From contig DATESL010000004.1 of NCBI GenBank assembly GCA_035270825.1, positions 118,854-182,853 of the forward strand: DNA of 64,000 nt. The letters run 5' to 3'. The notes beneath the pieces were generated by a model. It did no database searches and was not told the DNA's origin. It worked only from the letters and a program-made list of their open reading frames with translations. The position numbers and the translations under genes are program-made. Position 1 is the stretch's first letter; the number at the start of each line of letters is the position of its first letter. Positions 46,537-55,924 of the stretch are shown here, piece after piece. This DNA is from Candidatus Onthovivens sp. (GTDB lineage Bacteria; Bacillota_I; Bacilli_A; RFN20; CAG-826).

Positions 46537-46562
46537 TGTTCAAGTTTGAACATATTTAATCA
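46537..46562. promoter_or_regulatory. Candidate DeoR-type operator: perfect inverted repeat TGTTCAA-GT-TTGAACA followed by TATTTAATCA
   Basis: tgttcaagtttgaacatatttaatca. The 12-mer catatttaatca recurs exactly at 50246-50257. Confidence 0.45.
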
Positions 46563-46589
46563 TATTATCAAATTTGAAGAGCCTTTATC

Positions 46590-46630
46590 TAAAAAAAGAG
46601 ACTAGTCCTTTATTTTAAGACTAGACTCTC
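46590..46630 (-). terminator. Intrinsic terminator of the rhaBAD operon (the hairpin encloses the rhaD stop codon)
   Basis: The minus strand reads AGAGTCTAGTC-ttaaaataaag-GACTAGTCTCT followed by TTTTTTT; the stem has one mismatch. Confidence 0.65.
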
Positions 46631-47429
46631 TTAATGTGACCTTAAAATCGTCAGCTAAAACACGAAATTCATCACTTTTAATTGTTTGTTTTTTGCAACT
46701 TGTCATTGAAAGAACTTTTACTAAAATTTCTGCACTTTTTTCAGCGGTATCAATTAAACCAAAAGTGTTATCAAAATCAGAACCTGCACCAAATATTCCA
46801 TGATGAGCCCAAATTACTAGATCATAATCTTTAATGAGTTTTGATGTTTCAATAGCAATTTCTCTACCACCAGGAACCATCCATTTAACAACCCCAACTC
46901 CTTTTGGAAAAACAATTGGACATTCAGTTGCCATTTCCCAAAGTTCACGAGTAAAGACATCGTTTTCTAAAGGTAAAACAAAGGTTAAAGCAATAATGTT
47001 TGTTGCATGACAGTGATAAACAACACGGTATAAATCATTAGTAGTCTTTTTTAAGACTTCTAAATTCATCAAATGACTTGGAAGTTCTGAAGTTGGTCTT
47101 CCTCCATTAACTAAACCCCACACAATTTGGTATTTAGTTCCTGTTTCATCAAGTTTAATAATACAAATTGTATCTTCAGGATTGCTTTTAATATTCATAA
47201 AGAATTTTCCTGAACCAGTAACTAAAAAGTATTCATTTTTTAAGCTTGCAACTTCAGTTCCAATTTCTTGATATTCACCCTCTTTTAATTGATCTTTAAT
47301 TAAAGCTATTTCTGCATCTTTAATACGATAAGATAAATTACCACCATTGCGTTCATGCCATCCTTTATTATATCCGTTTTGACAAGTTTCTATAAACTTT
47401 TGGACAAATTGCGCCTCTAATACTTTCAC
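46602..47429 (-). CDS. rhaD: Rhamnulose-1-phosphate aldolase
   Basis: Closely collinear with E. coli RhaD as I remember it: GWHERNGGNLSYR, VTGSGKFF, PTSELPSHL, HCHATNIIALT, GLIDTAEKSAEILVKV. Confidence 0.95.
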   Translation of the reverse strand: MKVLEAQFVQKFIETCQNGYNKGWHERNGGNLSYRIKDAEIALIKDQLKEGEYQEIGTEVASLKNEYFLVTGSGKFFMNIKSNPEDTICIIKLDETGTKYQIVWGLVNGGRPTSELPSHLMNLEVLKKTTNDLYRVVYHCHATNIIALTFVLPLENDVFTRELWEMATECPIVFPKGVGVVKWMVPGGREIAIETSKLIKDYDLVIWAHHGIFGAGSDFDNTFGLIDTAEKSAEILVKVLSMTSCKKQTIKSDEFRVLADDFKVTLRESSLKIKD

Positions 47430-47431
47430 TT

Positions 47432-48685
47432 TTAATTACCTCTCTTATTTAAAACACGATTTTCATAAACGTGAATTTCTTCTAATGCATCTAAACCAAC
47501 TTTTTTATTTTCTAAATGACAGTAATAATCAAAAACCTTACCATAATCCATAGTTTTTAATCTTTCAGTTATAAACATACGGTCAGTGTAATTCCCATCT
47601 TTTTCAATTTTCTTTAAAAGTTCGGTTGGTTCTAATAAAGCTTTTAAAAGCGAAATAAGTGTTGAACGAACTCCCACTACCCAAGCCGCAATACGGTTAA
47701 TAGAAGCATCAAAGAAATCTAGACCAATTGAAGTTTTATCAATTAAATTATTACGAATTAAAGAACGACCAATTTCATAGAGTTCATCATCAAGAATAAC
47801 CACATGATCACTATCCCATCTCACAGGCCTGGAAACATGTAATAAAATATGATCAACAAATAAGGATACAGCACTGATTTTATCAGAGATTACTTCTGTT
47901 GGATGGAAATGTCCACTATCTAAACAAATAGCCATTTTGTTTGTAATAGCATAACCATAACAAAATTCATTACTTCCAACTGTATAAGCTTCTACTCCAA
48001 TCCCAAATAATTTTGATTCAATAGCATCAATATTATATTTATGATCGATTTTTTCACTATATATTTCATCTAAAGATTCTTTAAAACGAAGACGGGGAGC
48101 TAAGCGGTCATAAGGAATATCTTTATAGCCATCAGGTGTCCAAAGATTAGTCACACAAGGAATTCCTAGTTCTTTTCCAAAATATTCTCCAATTTTTCTA
48201 GATCTTTTACAGTGCTCAATCCAAAATTGACGAATTTCATCATCACTTGATGAAAGAGTAAAGCCGCTTTCGGCTTTAGGATGAGCGAACATTGTTGGAT
48301 TAAAGTCTAAGCCAATATGGTTCTCTTTTGCAAATTTTACCCATGATTTATAATGTTTTGGTTCAATTTGATCAAGTTCAATTTCCTCTGTTGTATCTAA
48401 ATAGGTTGAATGTAAATTTAATTTATATTTTCCAGGTAATAAGGAAAGAGCTTCTTTAATATCTTCCTTTAATTCCTCTGGAGTTCTGGCTCGACCTTTA
48501 TAGTTACCAGTTGTTTGAATGCCTCCGCTCAACTCTTTACCAAGTAAAAAGCCTCGAACATCATCGCCTTGCCAGCAATTAATAGAAATAGTAATTTTTT
48601 TTAAAGCTTCAATCGCTTTATCAGTATCAACACCCATCGCAGCATAGGCTTTTTTAACAATCTCGTATTCTTTTTCAATATTCAT
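47432..48685 (-). CDS. rhaA: L-rhamnose isomerase
   Basis: Motif ISINCWQGDDVRGF. 417 aa, in an operon with rhaB and rhaD. Confidence 0.93.
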   Translation of the reverse strand: MNIEKEYEIVKKAYAAMGVDTDKAIEALKKITISINCWQGDDVRGFLLGKELSGGIQTTGNYKGRARTPEELKEDIKEALSLLPGKYKLNLHSTYLDTTEEIELDQIEPKHYKSWVKFAKENHIGLDFNPTMFAHPKAESGFTLSSSDDEIRQFWIEHCKRSRKIGEYFGKELGIPCVTNLWTPDGYKDIPYDRLAPRLRFKESLDEIYSEKIDHKYNIDAIESKLFGIGVEAYTVGSNEFCYGYAITNKMAICLDSGHFHPTEVISDKISAVSLFVDHILLHVSRPVRWDSDHVVILDDELYEIGRSLIRNNLIDKTSIGLDFFDASINRIAAWVVGVRSTLISLLKALLEPTELLKKIEKDGNYTDRMFITERLKTMDYGKVFDYYCHLENKKVGLDALEEIHVYENRVLNKRGN

Positions 48686-48695
48686 GATTTACCTC

Positions 48696-50147
48696 CTATT
48701 TTGAATTGATCATTTGTAAATATTTAATATGTTGTTTTTGATAGTAAGTATTATCTTGAGGATGATACTTAACTTTCTTTGTATTAAGATCAAGAATTTT
48801 GCGGGCTTCTTTTAAGGAGCTAAATTCTTGATGATAAATAAATTGAGCGAGGGCATTCCCGTAAACTGTGGCCTCATCAAGACCTGTAATGACCTCAAGA
48901 TTTAAAATATTAGCAATTAGTTGGTTCAGTAAAGTTACATTAACTCCGCCCCCAACAATTATTAAGTTAGTATATTTTTTATTAGTTAAGGATTCTAAAT
49001 GTTGAATATTTTCTAAGTATTTAAAAGCTAAAGACTCATAAACTGAGCGAGCCATCTCACCAATTGTTAAATCGTGAATATATTGATTAGTTTTTTTAAG
49101 GAATAAATTAAATTTTTCAATCATTTTAAAAGGTGTTGAAAATACATCGTCATCAACATCAATAAAAACATTATTCTCCTTAACTGCAGTTGCTTCTTCT
49201 AAAATTTGAGCAAATGTAATGCTTGGATTAATTTTCTCATAATCTTTTTTAATTTCTTGAATAATAAAAAGACCAGCAATATTTTTTAAAAAACGAATTG
49301 TATCTTCTAAGCCAACTTCATTGGTAAAATTAGCCTCTAAAGTTTTTTTACAAATAAGAGGTTCTTCTAACTCCACTCCTAGTAATGACCATGTTCCACT
49401 CGAAAGATAACAGGAATCTTCATGTAAATTAATAGAAGCAATTGCGCTGGCAGTATCATGTGAACCAACCGAAACTACTTCTAATGGATAAATATTTAAT
49501 TTATCACAAAGCTCTTTGGTGATAAAACCAATTCTTTTTGAATGTTTAATTAATGGATTGATCTTAGATTCATCCAAATTAATATATTTTAAATTCTCTT
49601 TGGAGACTTCTTTTGTTAAAGGATTGTATAAAGCGGTAGTAGAAAAGTTAGTTATTTCACTAAATTTATTACCGGTTAAATAGAAATTAATTAAATCAGG
49701 AATTAAGAGAATACTCTCAAAATCATAATCTTTTTCACTATATAGTTGAAAAATAGTATTAAAATCCAGGTATTGAATACCAGAGTTTCTATAAATATCA
49801 AAATATTTGACTTTCTTAAGTAATTCATTAGCTGCTTTTTCATTACGTAAATCACGGTATCCAATTGGATTAGCGATTAATTTATCGTTACGATCTAATT
49901 TGCCATAATCAACAGCCCAGGTATCAACGCCAATACTTTTAATATCCTTATGTTGAGCAAGTGTTTTTTGAAGACCTTTTTCAATTTCGTTAAACAAGTG
50001 AGGAAAATTCCAGCATAAATGACCATCTATCTCTTCCATTCCGTTGAGAAAACGATATGTTTCTTCGTAAAAGAACTCACCCCTGCGATATTCAATTACT
50101 ATAAACCTGCCGCTAGATGCGCCAATATCTAATGATAATACTTTCAT
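48696..50147 (-). CDS. rhaB: Rhamnulokinase (FGGY family)
   Basis: FGGY N-terminus LSLDIGASSGR plus GVDTWAVDYG and a C-terminal GGG motif (IIVGGGVN). Context supports the call. Confidence 0.9.
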   Translation of the reverse strand: MKVLSLDIGASSGRFIVIEYRRGEFFYEETYRFLNGMEEIDGHLCWNFPHLFNEIEKGLQKTLAQHKDIKSIGVDTWAVDYGKLDRNDKLIANPIGYRDLRNEKAANELLKKVKYFDIYRNSGIQYLDFNTIFQLYSEKDYDFESILLIPDLINFYLTGNKFSEITNFSTTALYNPLTKEVSKENLKYINLDESKINPLIKHSKRIGFITKELCDKLNIYPLEVVSVGSHDTASAIASINLHEDSCYLSSGTWSLLGVELEEPLICKKTLEANFTNEVGLEDTIRFLKNIAGLFIIQEIKKDYEKINPSITFAQILEEATAVKENNVFIDVDDDVFSTPFKMIEKFNLFLKKTNQYIHDLTIGEMARSVYESLAFKYLENIQHLESLTNKKYTNLIIVGGGVNVTLLNQLIANILNLEVITGLDEATVYGNALAQFIYHQEFSSLKEARKILDLNTKKVKYHPQDNTYYQKQHIKYLQMINSK

Positions 50148-50241
50148 TTTGCTTCACTCTTGGACTTATCTTATCACATCCTTATAATTGAATATACTTT
50201 GTGATTAACTATTGATATTTAATTTTCAAAATAGTAAGATA

Positions 50242-50267
50242 TGTTCATATTTAATCAAGGTTGAACA
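50242..50267. promoter_or_regulatory. Candidate DeoR-type operator (TGTTCA-N14-TGAACA) in the rhaB/deoR divergent region, 4 nt from the regulator start codon
   Basis: tgttcatatttaatcaaggttgaaca. It shares the hexamers and the 12-mer catatttaatca with 46537-46562. Confidence 0.45.
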
Positions 50268-50270
50268 AAA

Positions 50271-51038
50271 ATGTATGATTTAGAAAGACAAGATAGAATT
50301 ATAGAAATTCTTAAAGAAAAAAATTCGATTAGCGTAAATAAGTTAGCTAATATCCTTTTTGTTTCGGGAGCAACAATCCGTCGAGACTTATCAAAAATGG
50401 AACAAAAAGGGCTTGTGGTCCGTACTTTTGGGGCAGTTATTTTAAACCCAAATCCATCTAACCGTGAGACTTCCTTTGAACTTCGTGAGAAAACAAATGT
50501 TGTTGAAAAAAGACTTCTTTGTCAAAAAGCAGCTGATATGATCATTGATAACACTTCAATCTTCTTTGATAGTTCTACAACTCTTTTGCACATTGTTCCT
50601 TATTTAAACAACTTCTCCAACTTAACAATCATTACTAATGGTCTTTTTATTGCCAATGAAATTATTACCAAAACTAAACATCGAGTGATTATTTGTGGGG
50701 GAGAGATCCAAGCTAATACCAACTCTATTTTAGGAGCTATTGCTTATGATTCATTAAATAATTTCCATGTTGATTTATCAATTGTTTCGACTGCAGGTGT
50801 TGTTTTGAAAAAAGATGAAGGTTTTAGCGAATCAACAGTTGATAGTGCAAAAATCAAAAACATTTTAGCTAAAAATGCTCAAAAAGTTATTTGTTTAGTC
50901 GACGCAACAAAAATTAACACCAACTCTTTATATAAATCAATTGAATTAGGTGATGTTGATGTTATTATTTCAACCTATGAGTTAACCAAAGAAGAAAAAG
51001 AACTATTAGAAAATAATAATATTCTTTATGTTAACTAA
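50271..51038 (+). CDS. DeoR-family transcriptional regulator
   Basis: N-terminal HTH (RIIEILKEKNSISVNKLANILFVSGATIRRDLSKMEQKGLV) and a DeoR C-terminal sugar-phosphate sensor domain. Confidence 0.9.
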   Translation: MYDLERQDRIIEILKEKNSISVNKLANILFVSGATIRRDLSKMEQKGLVVRTFGAVILNPNPSNRETSFELREKTNVVEKRLLCQKAADMIIDNTSIFFDSSTTLLHIVPYLNNFSNLTIITNGLFIANEIITKTKHRVIICGGEIQANTNSILGAIAYDSLNNFHVDLSIVSTAGVVLKKDEGFSESTVDSAKIKNILAKNAQKVICLVDATKINTNSLYKSIELGDVDVIISTYELTKEEKELLENNNILYVN

Positions 51039-52465
51039 TATCCAAAAATTCGATTACTATATGCTGACCAACTATAATCCAACTTATAATTATTAAGAAC
51101 TTCTTTTGCAACAAAGATGTTTGCTTTTGAATTTTCTAAAAGATTATTTCCAATAACTGTTGATGATGGTTTTAAAGCTAAGAGCTTAATTTTTTCTATT
51201 GAAGAAAAAGCGAATGAGGAATCATCAATTGAATGAATATTTGGAGCGATAACAAGTTCTTTTACTCTTTGCGAGTTTTTGAATAATTCTTTATCAAACG
51301 ATATTATTTTTTCATTTGCATAACTTGTTGGAAGATAAATTGTTTCTTTATCAAATTCTTTTTTTAAAGAATCAACATGCCATCCATTATTTCTTTTTTC
51401 ATAATTAAAATAATCAATATCCAAGGTATTTTCTTCGTATTCTTCTTCATTAATTAAAGGTGGTGGTTTTAAAGGATATGTTCCTAAAACCGGTGTACCA
51501 TCCCCAAATTCAATTTTTAATTCTTTTACTATATTAAGAGTATTTGTAATTGCACCACTTGCATTAAGATGATAATTTGTATCATAAAACCACTCATGAT
51601 CTAAAATAGAATCATGAGGGTTACCTAAAATATCAAACATTAATTCTTGATCAAGGAATTGGTAGTAGTTATCTAGTACTTTTGGATCACTATTTTCTAA
51701 GCTTAATTTGTTTGTTGACGCAAAACGATAATAAGTTTTTGCTCCTTTTGAACTGGATTTAGAGTTAAATTCATTTAAATATTTTATGAAGTCTTCGTTA
51801 ATAATTTCCTCGGAAAAAGAAACTAAATCTTGAGAATTATAATAATTATTCATAATATTATTATTTCTTTGAGGATAATCGATATCCCCAAATTTATTAA
51901 AAGATTTTACATTATAAACTCCCTCGGGATCAAGTTTTTCTCCTTTTGAATAAAGGTATTTTTCTCCAACAAAGTTTGGAAAATTAGCATATAGATTTGC
52001 TCTATTTTCAGAAGCAATTTCATTAACTAATTGAAAAGAACCATCAAGAGCCTTCCACATGTCTAAACCATTAAAATAAGTCGATAAAGTCTGTTCATGT
52101 TGTTCAGGAGAAAAAATTACAATATCATCATTTCTTAAGTGATTACCAACAATGTCTAACATTACTTTTGTACCAAGATTTGCATATAGTCCAAAATTAA
52201 CAACTTGATAATCATTAAAATTAAGTTCTATAAGATCACTTCTGATACCAAAAGGGACTGAGCTTCCTCCAACAATAATAATTCTTTTTCCATTCGTTTT
52301 CTTTAAACGTTCAACTTTTAATTTGAATCCACCATAAAAAGTATTATCAAACTGAGTTGGCAAATTAAGACCAACTCCAATTATAGAGCTTGGAATACTC
52401 ACTAAAATTAATAAACTAACAAGTGAGATAATTAAGGCATATTTATATTTCTTTAAAAATTTCAT
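51035..52465 (-). CDS. Membrane-anchored SGNH/DHHW-like (AlgJ/DltD-type) acyl-transfer partner fused to a C-terminal BspA-type leucine-rich repeat domain
   Basis: N-terminal TM, IIIVGGSSVPFG (Ser block) and WFYDTNYHLNASG (D..H block). The C-terminus has LRR_5-like repeats (VKELVIAPNIHSIDDSSFAFSSIEKIKL). Confidence 0.6.
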   Translation of the reverse strand: MKFLKKYKYALIISLVSLLILVSIPSSIIGVGLNLPTQFDNTFYGGFKLKVERLKKTNGKRIIIVGGSSVPFGIRSDLIELNFNDYQVVNFGLYANLGTKVMLDIVGNHLRNDDIVIFSPEQHEQTLSTYFNGLDMWKALDGSFQLVNEIASENRANLYANFPNFVGEKYLYSKGEKLDPEGVYNVKSFNKFGDIDYPQRNNNIMNNYYNSQDLVSFSEEIINEDFIKYLNEFNSKSSSKGAKTYYRFASTNKLSLENSDPKVLDNYYQFLDQELMFDILGNPHDSILDHEWFYDTNYHLNASGAITNTLNIVKELKIEFGDGTPVLGTYPLKPPPLINEEEYEENTLDIDYFNYEKRNNGWHVDSLKKEFDKETIYLPTSYANEKIISFDKELFKNSQRVKELVIAPNIHSIDDSSFAFSSIEKIKLLALKPSSTVIGNNLLENSKANIFVAKEVLNNYKLDYSWSAYSNRIFGY

Positions 52466-52467
52466 CT

Positions 52468-53940
52468 TTAAAATTCAAAGTAGATAAATCCACTTGCTCC
52501 ATATTGTGATAACTGATAAAACCAACCAATAGCAATAAAAACAATAATTAACATGTATAAAACATACTTCAATGATAACTTCGATAAATAAGCTCCACGT
52601 CCAACAATTAACGATTCATCCTCAAATTTAATTTGAGGAATCTTATTAATAAAAACTAAAAGAAGCGGACTAATAACTAATAAAACTGCCCTAAAATAGT
52701 TTAAATCAAGAACCTTAAATAAAGTTTCAACTCCTCCTTGATAGGAAGTAAAAATAACTTTAATAATATTGAATGCTTGATCAAGGTTATCACTGCGAAA
52801 AAAGATCCACGTAAAAGAAACAACACTAAATGTTAATAAAATCTTCAATCCTTTTATAATAATTGACGAGCTTTTTTCGCGATGAACATATTTATGATAT
52901 AGGGTTTCTCCAACAATAATTAAACCATTTATTAACCCCCAAATAACAAAATTCCATCTTGCTCCATGCCATAAACCGCTCACAAGAAAAACAATCATTA
53001 AATTAAAACAGGTTCGAATAATTCCAAACTTATTTCCACCAAGAGGAATATAAATATAATCCTTAAACCAGGTATTTAGTGTCATGTGCCAGCGACTATA
53101 AAATTCTTTAACACTTTGTGAGGTATATGGTGAATTAAAGTTTTCATGTAAATCAATACCCATTAATTTAGCACTCCCAATTCCAATATCGGTATACCCA
53201 CTAAAATCACAATAAATTTGGAAAGCAAAAAGAATTGTTCCAACAATATAAACTAAACCATTTTGATCATTAGAACTATAAGCTAAATTAACATAATTAC
53301 CAAGAAAATCGGCAATCAAAATCTTTTTGATAAAACCTTTTGCTAAATATTTTAAGCCCATAGTAACATTACTTGCTTCTAATTTTAAAGGATTAGTAAG
53401 TTGAGGAATTAAATCACTGCTTCTTTCAATTGGACCAGCCACTAGTTGAGGAAAAAAGACCACAAAAAGTGCATAATTTAAAACATATTTTTCAGCAATT
53501 ACTTTTCCTTTATAAACATCTATTACATAAGCCAAAACCTGAAAAGTATAAAAAGAAATCCCCATTGGTAAAATAATATCAAAACTTTTAAATTCAATAT
53601 TTAAACCAAATAGATTTAAAAAAGCTAATGAACTTCCATATAAAAAATCTAAATACTTAAAGACAATTAAAAGACCAACAATAATAAAAACAACACTTCC
53701 TAAAAAGAGTTTTTGAAATCCTTTTTTCTTTATTTTTGTTACTTTTAAAGCAAAAAAGTAAGTTAGTAGAGTTGTAAAAATAATTAAAGGTAGTAATAAA
53801 ACATTATAATATCCATAAAAAATATAAGAGGCAATTAAGAGTAAAGGAACCTTTAATTTATTAGGCATTATATAATATAAAAAGATAACTACTGGTAGAA
53901 ATATTAAAAATGCTAATGAATTAAAACTCATAATTGACAA
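52468..53940 (-). CDS. MBOAT-family membrane O-acyltransferase (AlgI/DltB-like)
   Basis: Polytopic, with the conserved FYSRWHMTLNTWFKDYIYIPLGGN and LVSGLWHGA histidine motifs. Confidence 0.9.
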   Translation of the reverse strand: MSIMSFNSLAFLIFLPVVIFLYYIMPNKLKVPLLLIASYIFYGYYNVLLLPLIIFTTLLTYFFALKVTKIKKKGFQKLFLGSVVFIIVGLLIVFKYLDFLYGSSLAFLNLFGLNIEFKSFDIILPMGISFYTFQVLAYVIDVYKGKVIAEKYVLNYALFVVFFPQLVAGPIERSSDLIPQLTNPLKLEASNVTMGLKYLAKGFIKKILIADFLGNYVNLAYSSNDQNGLVYIVGTILFAFQIYCDFSGYTDIGIGSAKLMGIDLHENFNSPYTSQSVKEFYSRWHMTLNTWFKDYIYIPLGGNKFGIIRTCFNLMIVFLVSGLWHGARWNFVIWGLINGLIIVGETLYHKYVHREKSSSIIIKGLKILLTFSVVSFTWIFFRSDNLDQAFNIIKVIFTSYQGGVETLFKVLDLNYFRAVLLVISPLLLVFINKIPQIKFEDESLIVGRGAYLSKLSLKYVLYMLIIVFIAIGWFYQLSQYGASGFIYFEF

Positions 53941-54047
53941 TCTTTCATTTCATAATCTTAGCAAATAGATTAGTAATTGCAAATAGTAAAGTAAAATAAG
54001 ACTTTCTAGACAAGTGAATTGTTGTTTGATAGTATTTTTAATTAACT

Positions 54048-55826
54048 ATGAGATTTAAATTAAAATATTTACGAAATCTTTCTTTAAGTATAATTACTTC
54101 TTTTTTAATTACCTCTTGTTCAATGGATTATCAAAAGATTAGAGAAAACTTTGTTTTAATTGAAAGTAATCCTTACTTAAAAGTTGATCAAAATAAAAAA
54201 ATGGTTGATGATAATTTTCAAGTTTCATTTCTTTTATCAATCCCTAAAAACGCTCAAATTCTTTCAATTAATTTTAATAATTATCATTTAAATACTCTCA
54301 ATAATCCTAAGGATGATAATCAATTTCTTAAGTTAGATTTATTTGATGTCTTTTATGATTTATATTTAGTAATTGATGTTAAATATTATCACCAACAAAT
54401 TGAATATGATCTTAATGGAGGTTATAATATTAACACTAATTCAAAAGAAAATATCATTCAAAATGTAGACAATATTCATTTCCAAACTAACACGATAATT
54501 GCAAATGAAATCCGCAAAGAAAACCACACTTTAATTGGCTTAGAAAATGAATTTATTTTCTCTTCATTAGGAGGCAGAATTAAATATAGTGATAATTTAA
54601 AACTTAAATTAGTGTACCGAGAAAATAGCCCACAATCATTATTTTCTTATAAAGTTACTAATAATAGTGCTCAAATAACTAATTACTATGGAAGTGAAGA
54701 AAGTCTTGTTATTCCAGAATTTATTGATGAATTTAAAGTAACTAAAATCATGGCTAATTCTTTTAAAAATCTTGTTCTAAAGGAGCTTATTTTACCTCCC
54801 TCAATAATAGAAATTGAAGACAATGCTTTTATAAATTTAATAGTCGATAATTTATATTTTTTTGATACTTTAAAAATTGTTAATGATCTTTCTTTTTCTG
54901 CAACTAAATTTAAAAAAATACACTTAAACACAGCGACAAAACCAGTTTTTAGTGGAACATATTTTGATACTTTTACTGATAAAATGGACCGTCTCATTTT
55001 AAATAAAGATAAACCTCAAATAGTCTTTGGAGGAGGCAGTGCCCAGCGCTTTGGGCTTGATTCAAAACTTATAAATCAAAACTTTAAAGACTATCAAGTT
55101 TCTAATTTGGGAGTATTTGCTTATGCCAATATGAAAACTCAATACGATACTATTTTTAACTATTTAAAGTCTGGAGATACTTTAGTTATTGCTCCAGAAT
55201 TTGATGCAATAAAAGAGCAAATTTCTTTTTCTACTTCTTTTCCAGTTGATTATTTTAAGATGATTGAGGGGAATTATAATTTGTTAACAGATCTGCCAAT
55301 AGAAGAATATACTCATTTCTTTTTAGCTTATCAGGAATATAAAACCCTAAAAGATTCATTAGTTCCTAAAGATTATTCAGTTTTTGCTTATTTCTTTGAT
55401 GAAGATAATAATTTTCTTGGAGAGAGAACTTATAATGATTATGGTGATTATATAGTTGATCGTCCAAATAACATTGAAGAAAAAGTCTTTGGGATTAAAA
55501 GAGCATCTTATAATAAAGATGATTTTCCGCTTTCTTATTTAGTTAACTTTAATACTTATTTTCAAAAATTCATTGATAAAGGAATTAAACTATATTTTGA
55601 TTATGCTCCCAGAAGCAAAATAAGTTTAACCCCCTCTTCTAATGCTCAATCAATTAAAGAATTAGATTTATATTTAAGAGAAAATCTTTTAATCCCTTTT
55701 GTTACTTCAATTGATGATAGTTTATTATCTCCCCTTTATTTTTATAATACTGATAATCATCTCTCAACTGAGGGAGTTAAAATCAGAACTGAAAAACTAA
55801 TTAAAAATTTAAAAGTGTATCTTTAA
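54048..55826 (+). CDS. Lipoprotein with a central BspA-type LRR domain followed by an SGNH/DHHW-like domain (paralogous to 51035-52465 but in the opposite domain order)
   Basis: Lipobox ITSC, LRR_5-like LVIPEFIDEFKVTKIMANSFKNLVLKELILPPSIIEIEDNAF, then IVFGGGSAQRFG and FYNTDNHLSTEG. Confidence 0.6.
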   Translation: MRFKLKYLRNLSLSIITSFLITSCSMDYQKIRENFVLIESNPYLKVDQNKKMVDDNFQVSFLLSIPKNAQILSINFNNYHLNTLNNPKDDNQFLKLDLFDVFYDLYLVIDVKYYHQQIEYDLNGGYNINTNSKENIIQNVDNIHFQTNTIIANEIRKENHTLIGLENEFIFSSLGGRIKYSDNLKLKLVYRENSPQSLFSYKVTNNSAQITNYYGSEESLVIPEFIDEFKVTKIMANSFKNLVLKELILPPSIIEIEDNAFINLIVDNLYFFDTLKIVNDLSFSATKFKKIHLNTATKPVFSGTYFDTFTDKMDRLILNKDKPQIVFGGGSAQRFGLDSKLINQNFKDYQVSNLGVFAYANMKTQYDTIFNYLKSGDTLVIAPEFDAIKEQISFSTSFPVDYFKMIEGNYNLLTDLPIEEYTHFFLAYQEYKTLKDSLVPKDYSVFAYFFDEDNNFLGERTYNDYGDYIVDRPNNIEEKVFGIKRASYNKDDFPLSYLVNFNTYFQKFIDKGIKLYFDYAPRSKISLTPSSNAQSIKELDLYLRENLLIPFVTSIDDSLLSPLYFYNTDNHLSTEGVKIRTEKLIKNLKVYL

Positions 55827-55845
55827 ACACTTTTTTTCAAAACAA

Positions 55846-55886
55846 ATAAAAAATGCAGAGATCAAAAAGATTTCTGCATTTTATTT
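55846..55886. terminator. Bidirectional terminator between convergent genes
   Basis: Stem atgcagagatc (55853-55863) / gatttctgcat (55869-55879) with one mismatch, flanked by an A run and a T run. Confidence 0.65.
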
Positions 55887-55924
55887 TTACCTTTAAACTA
55901 AAAGGAACTAACTATTTCTAAATT

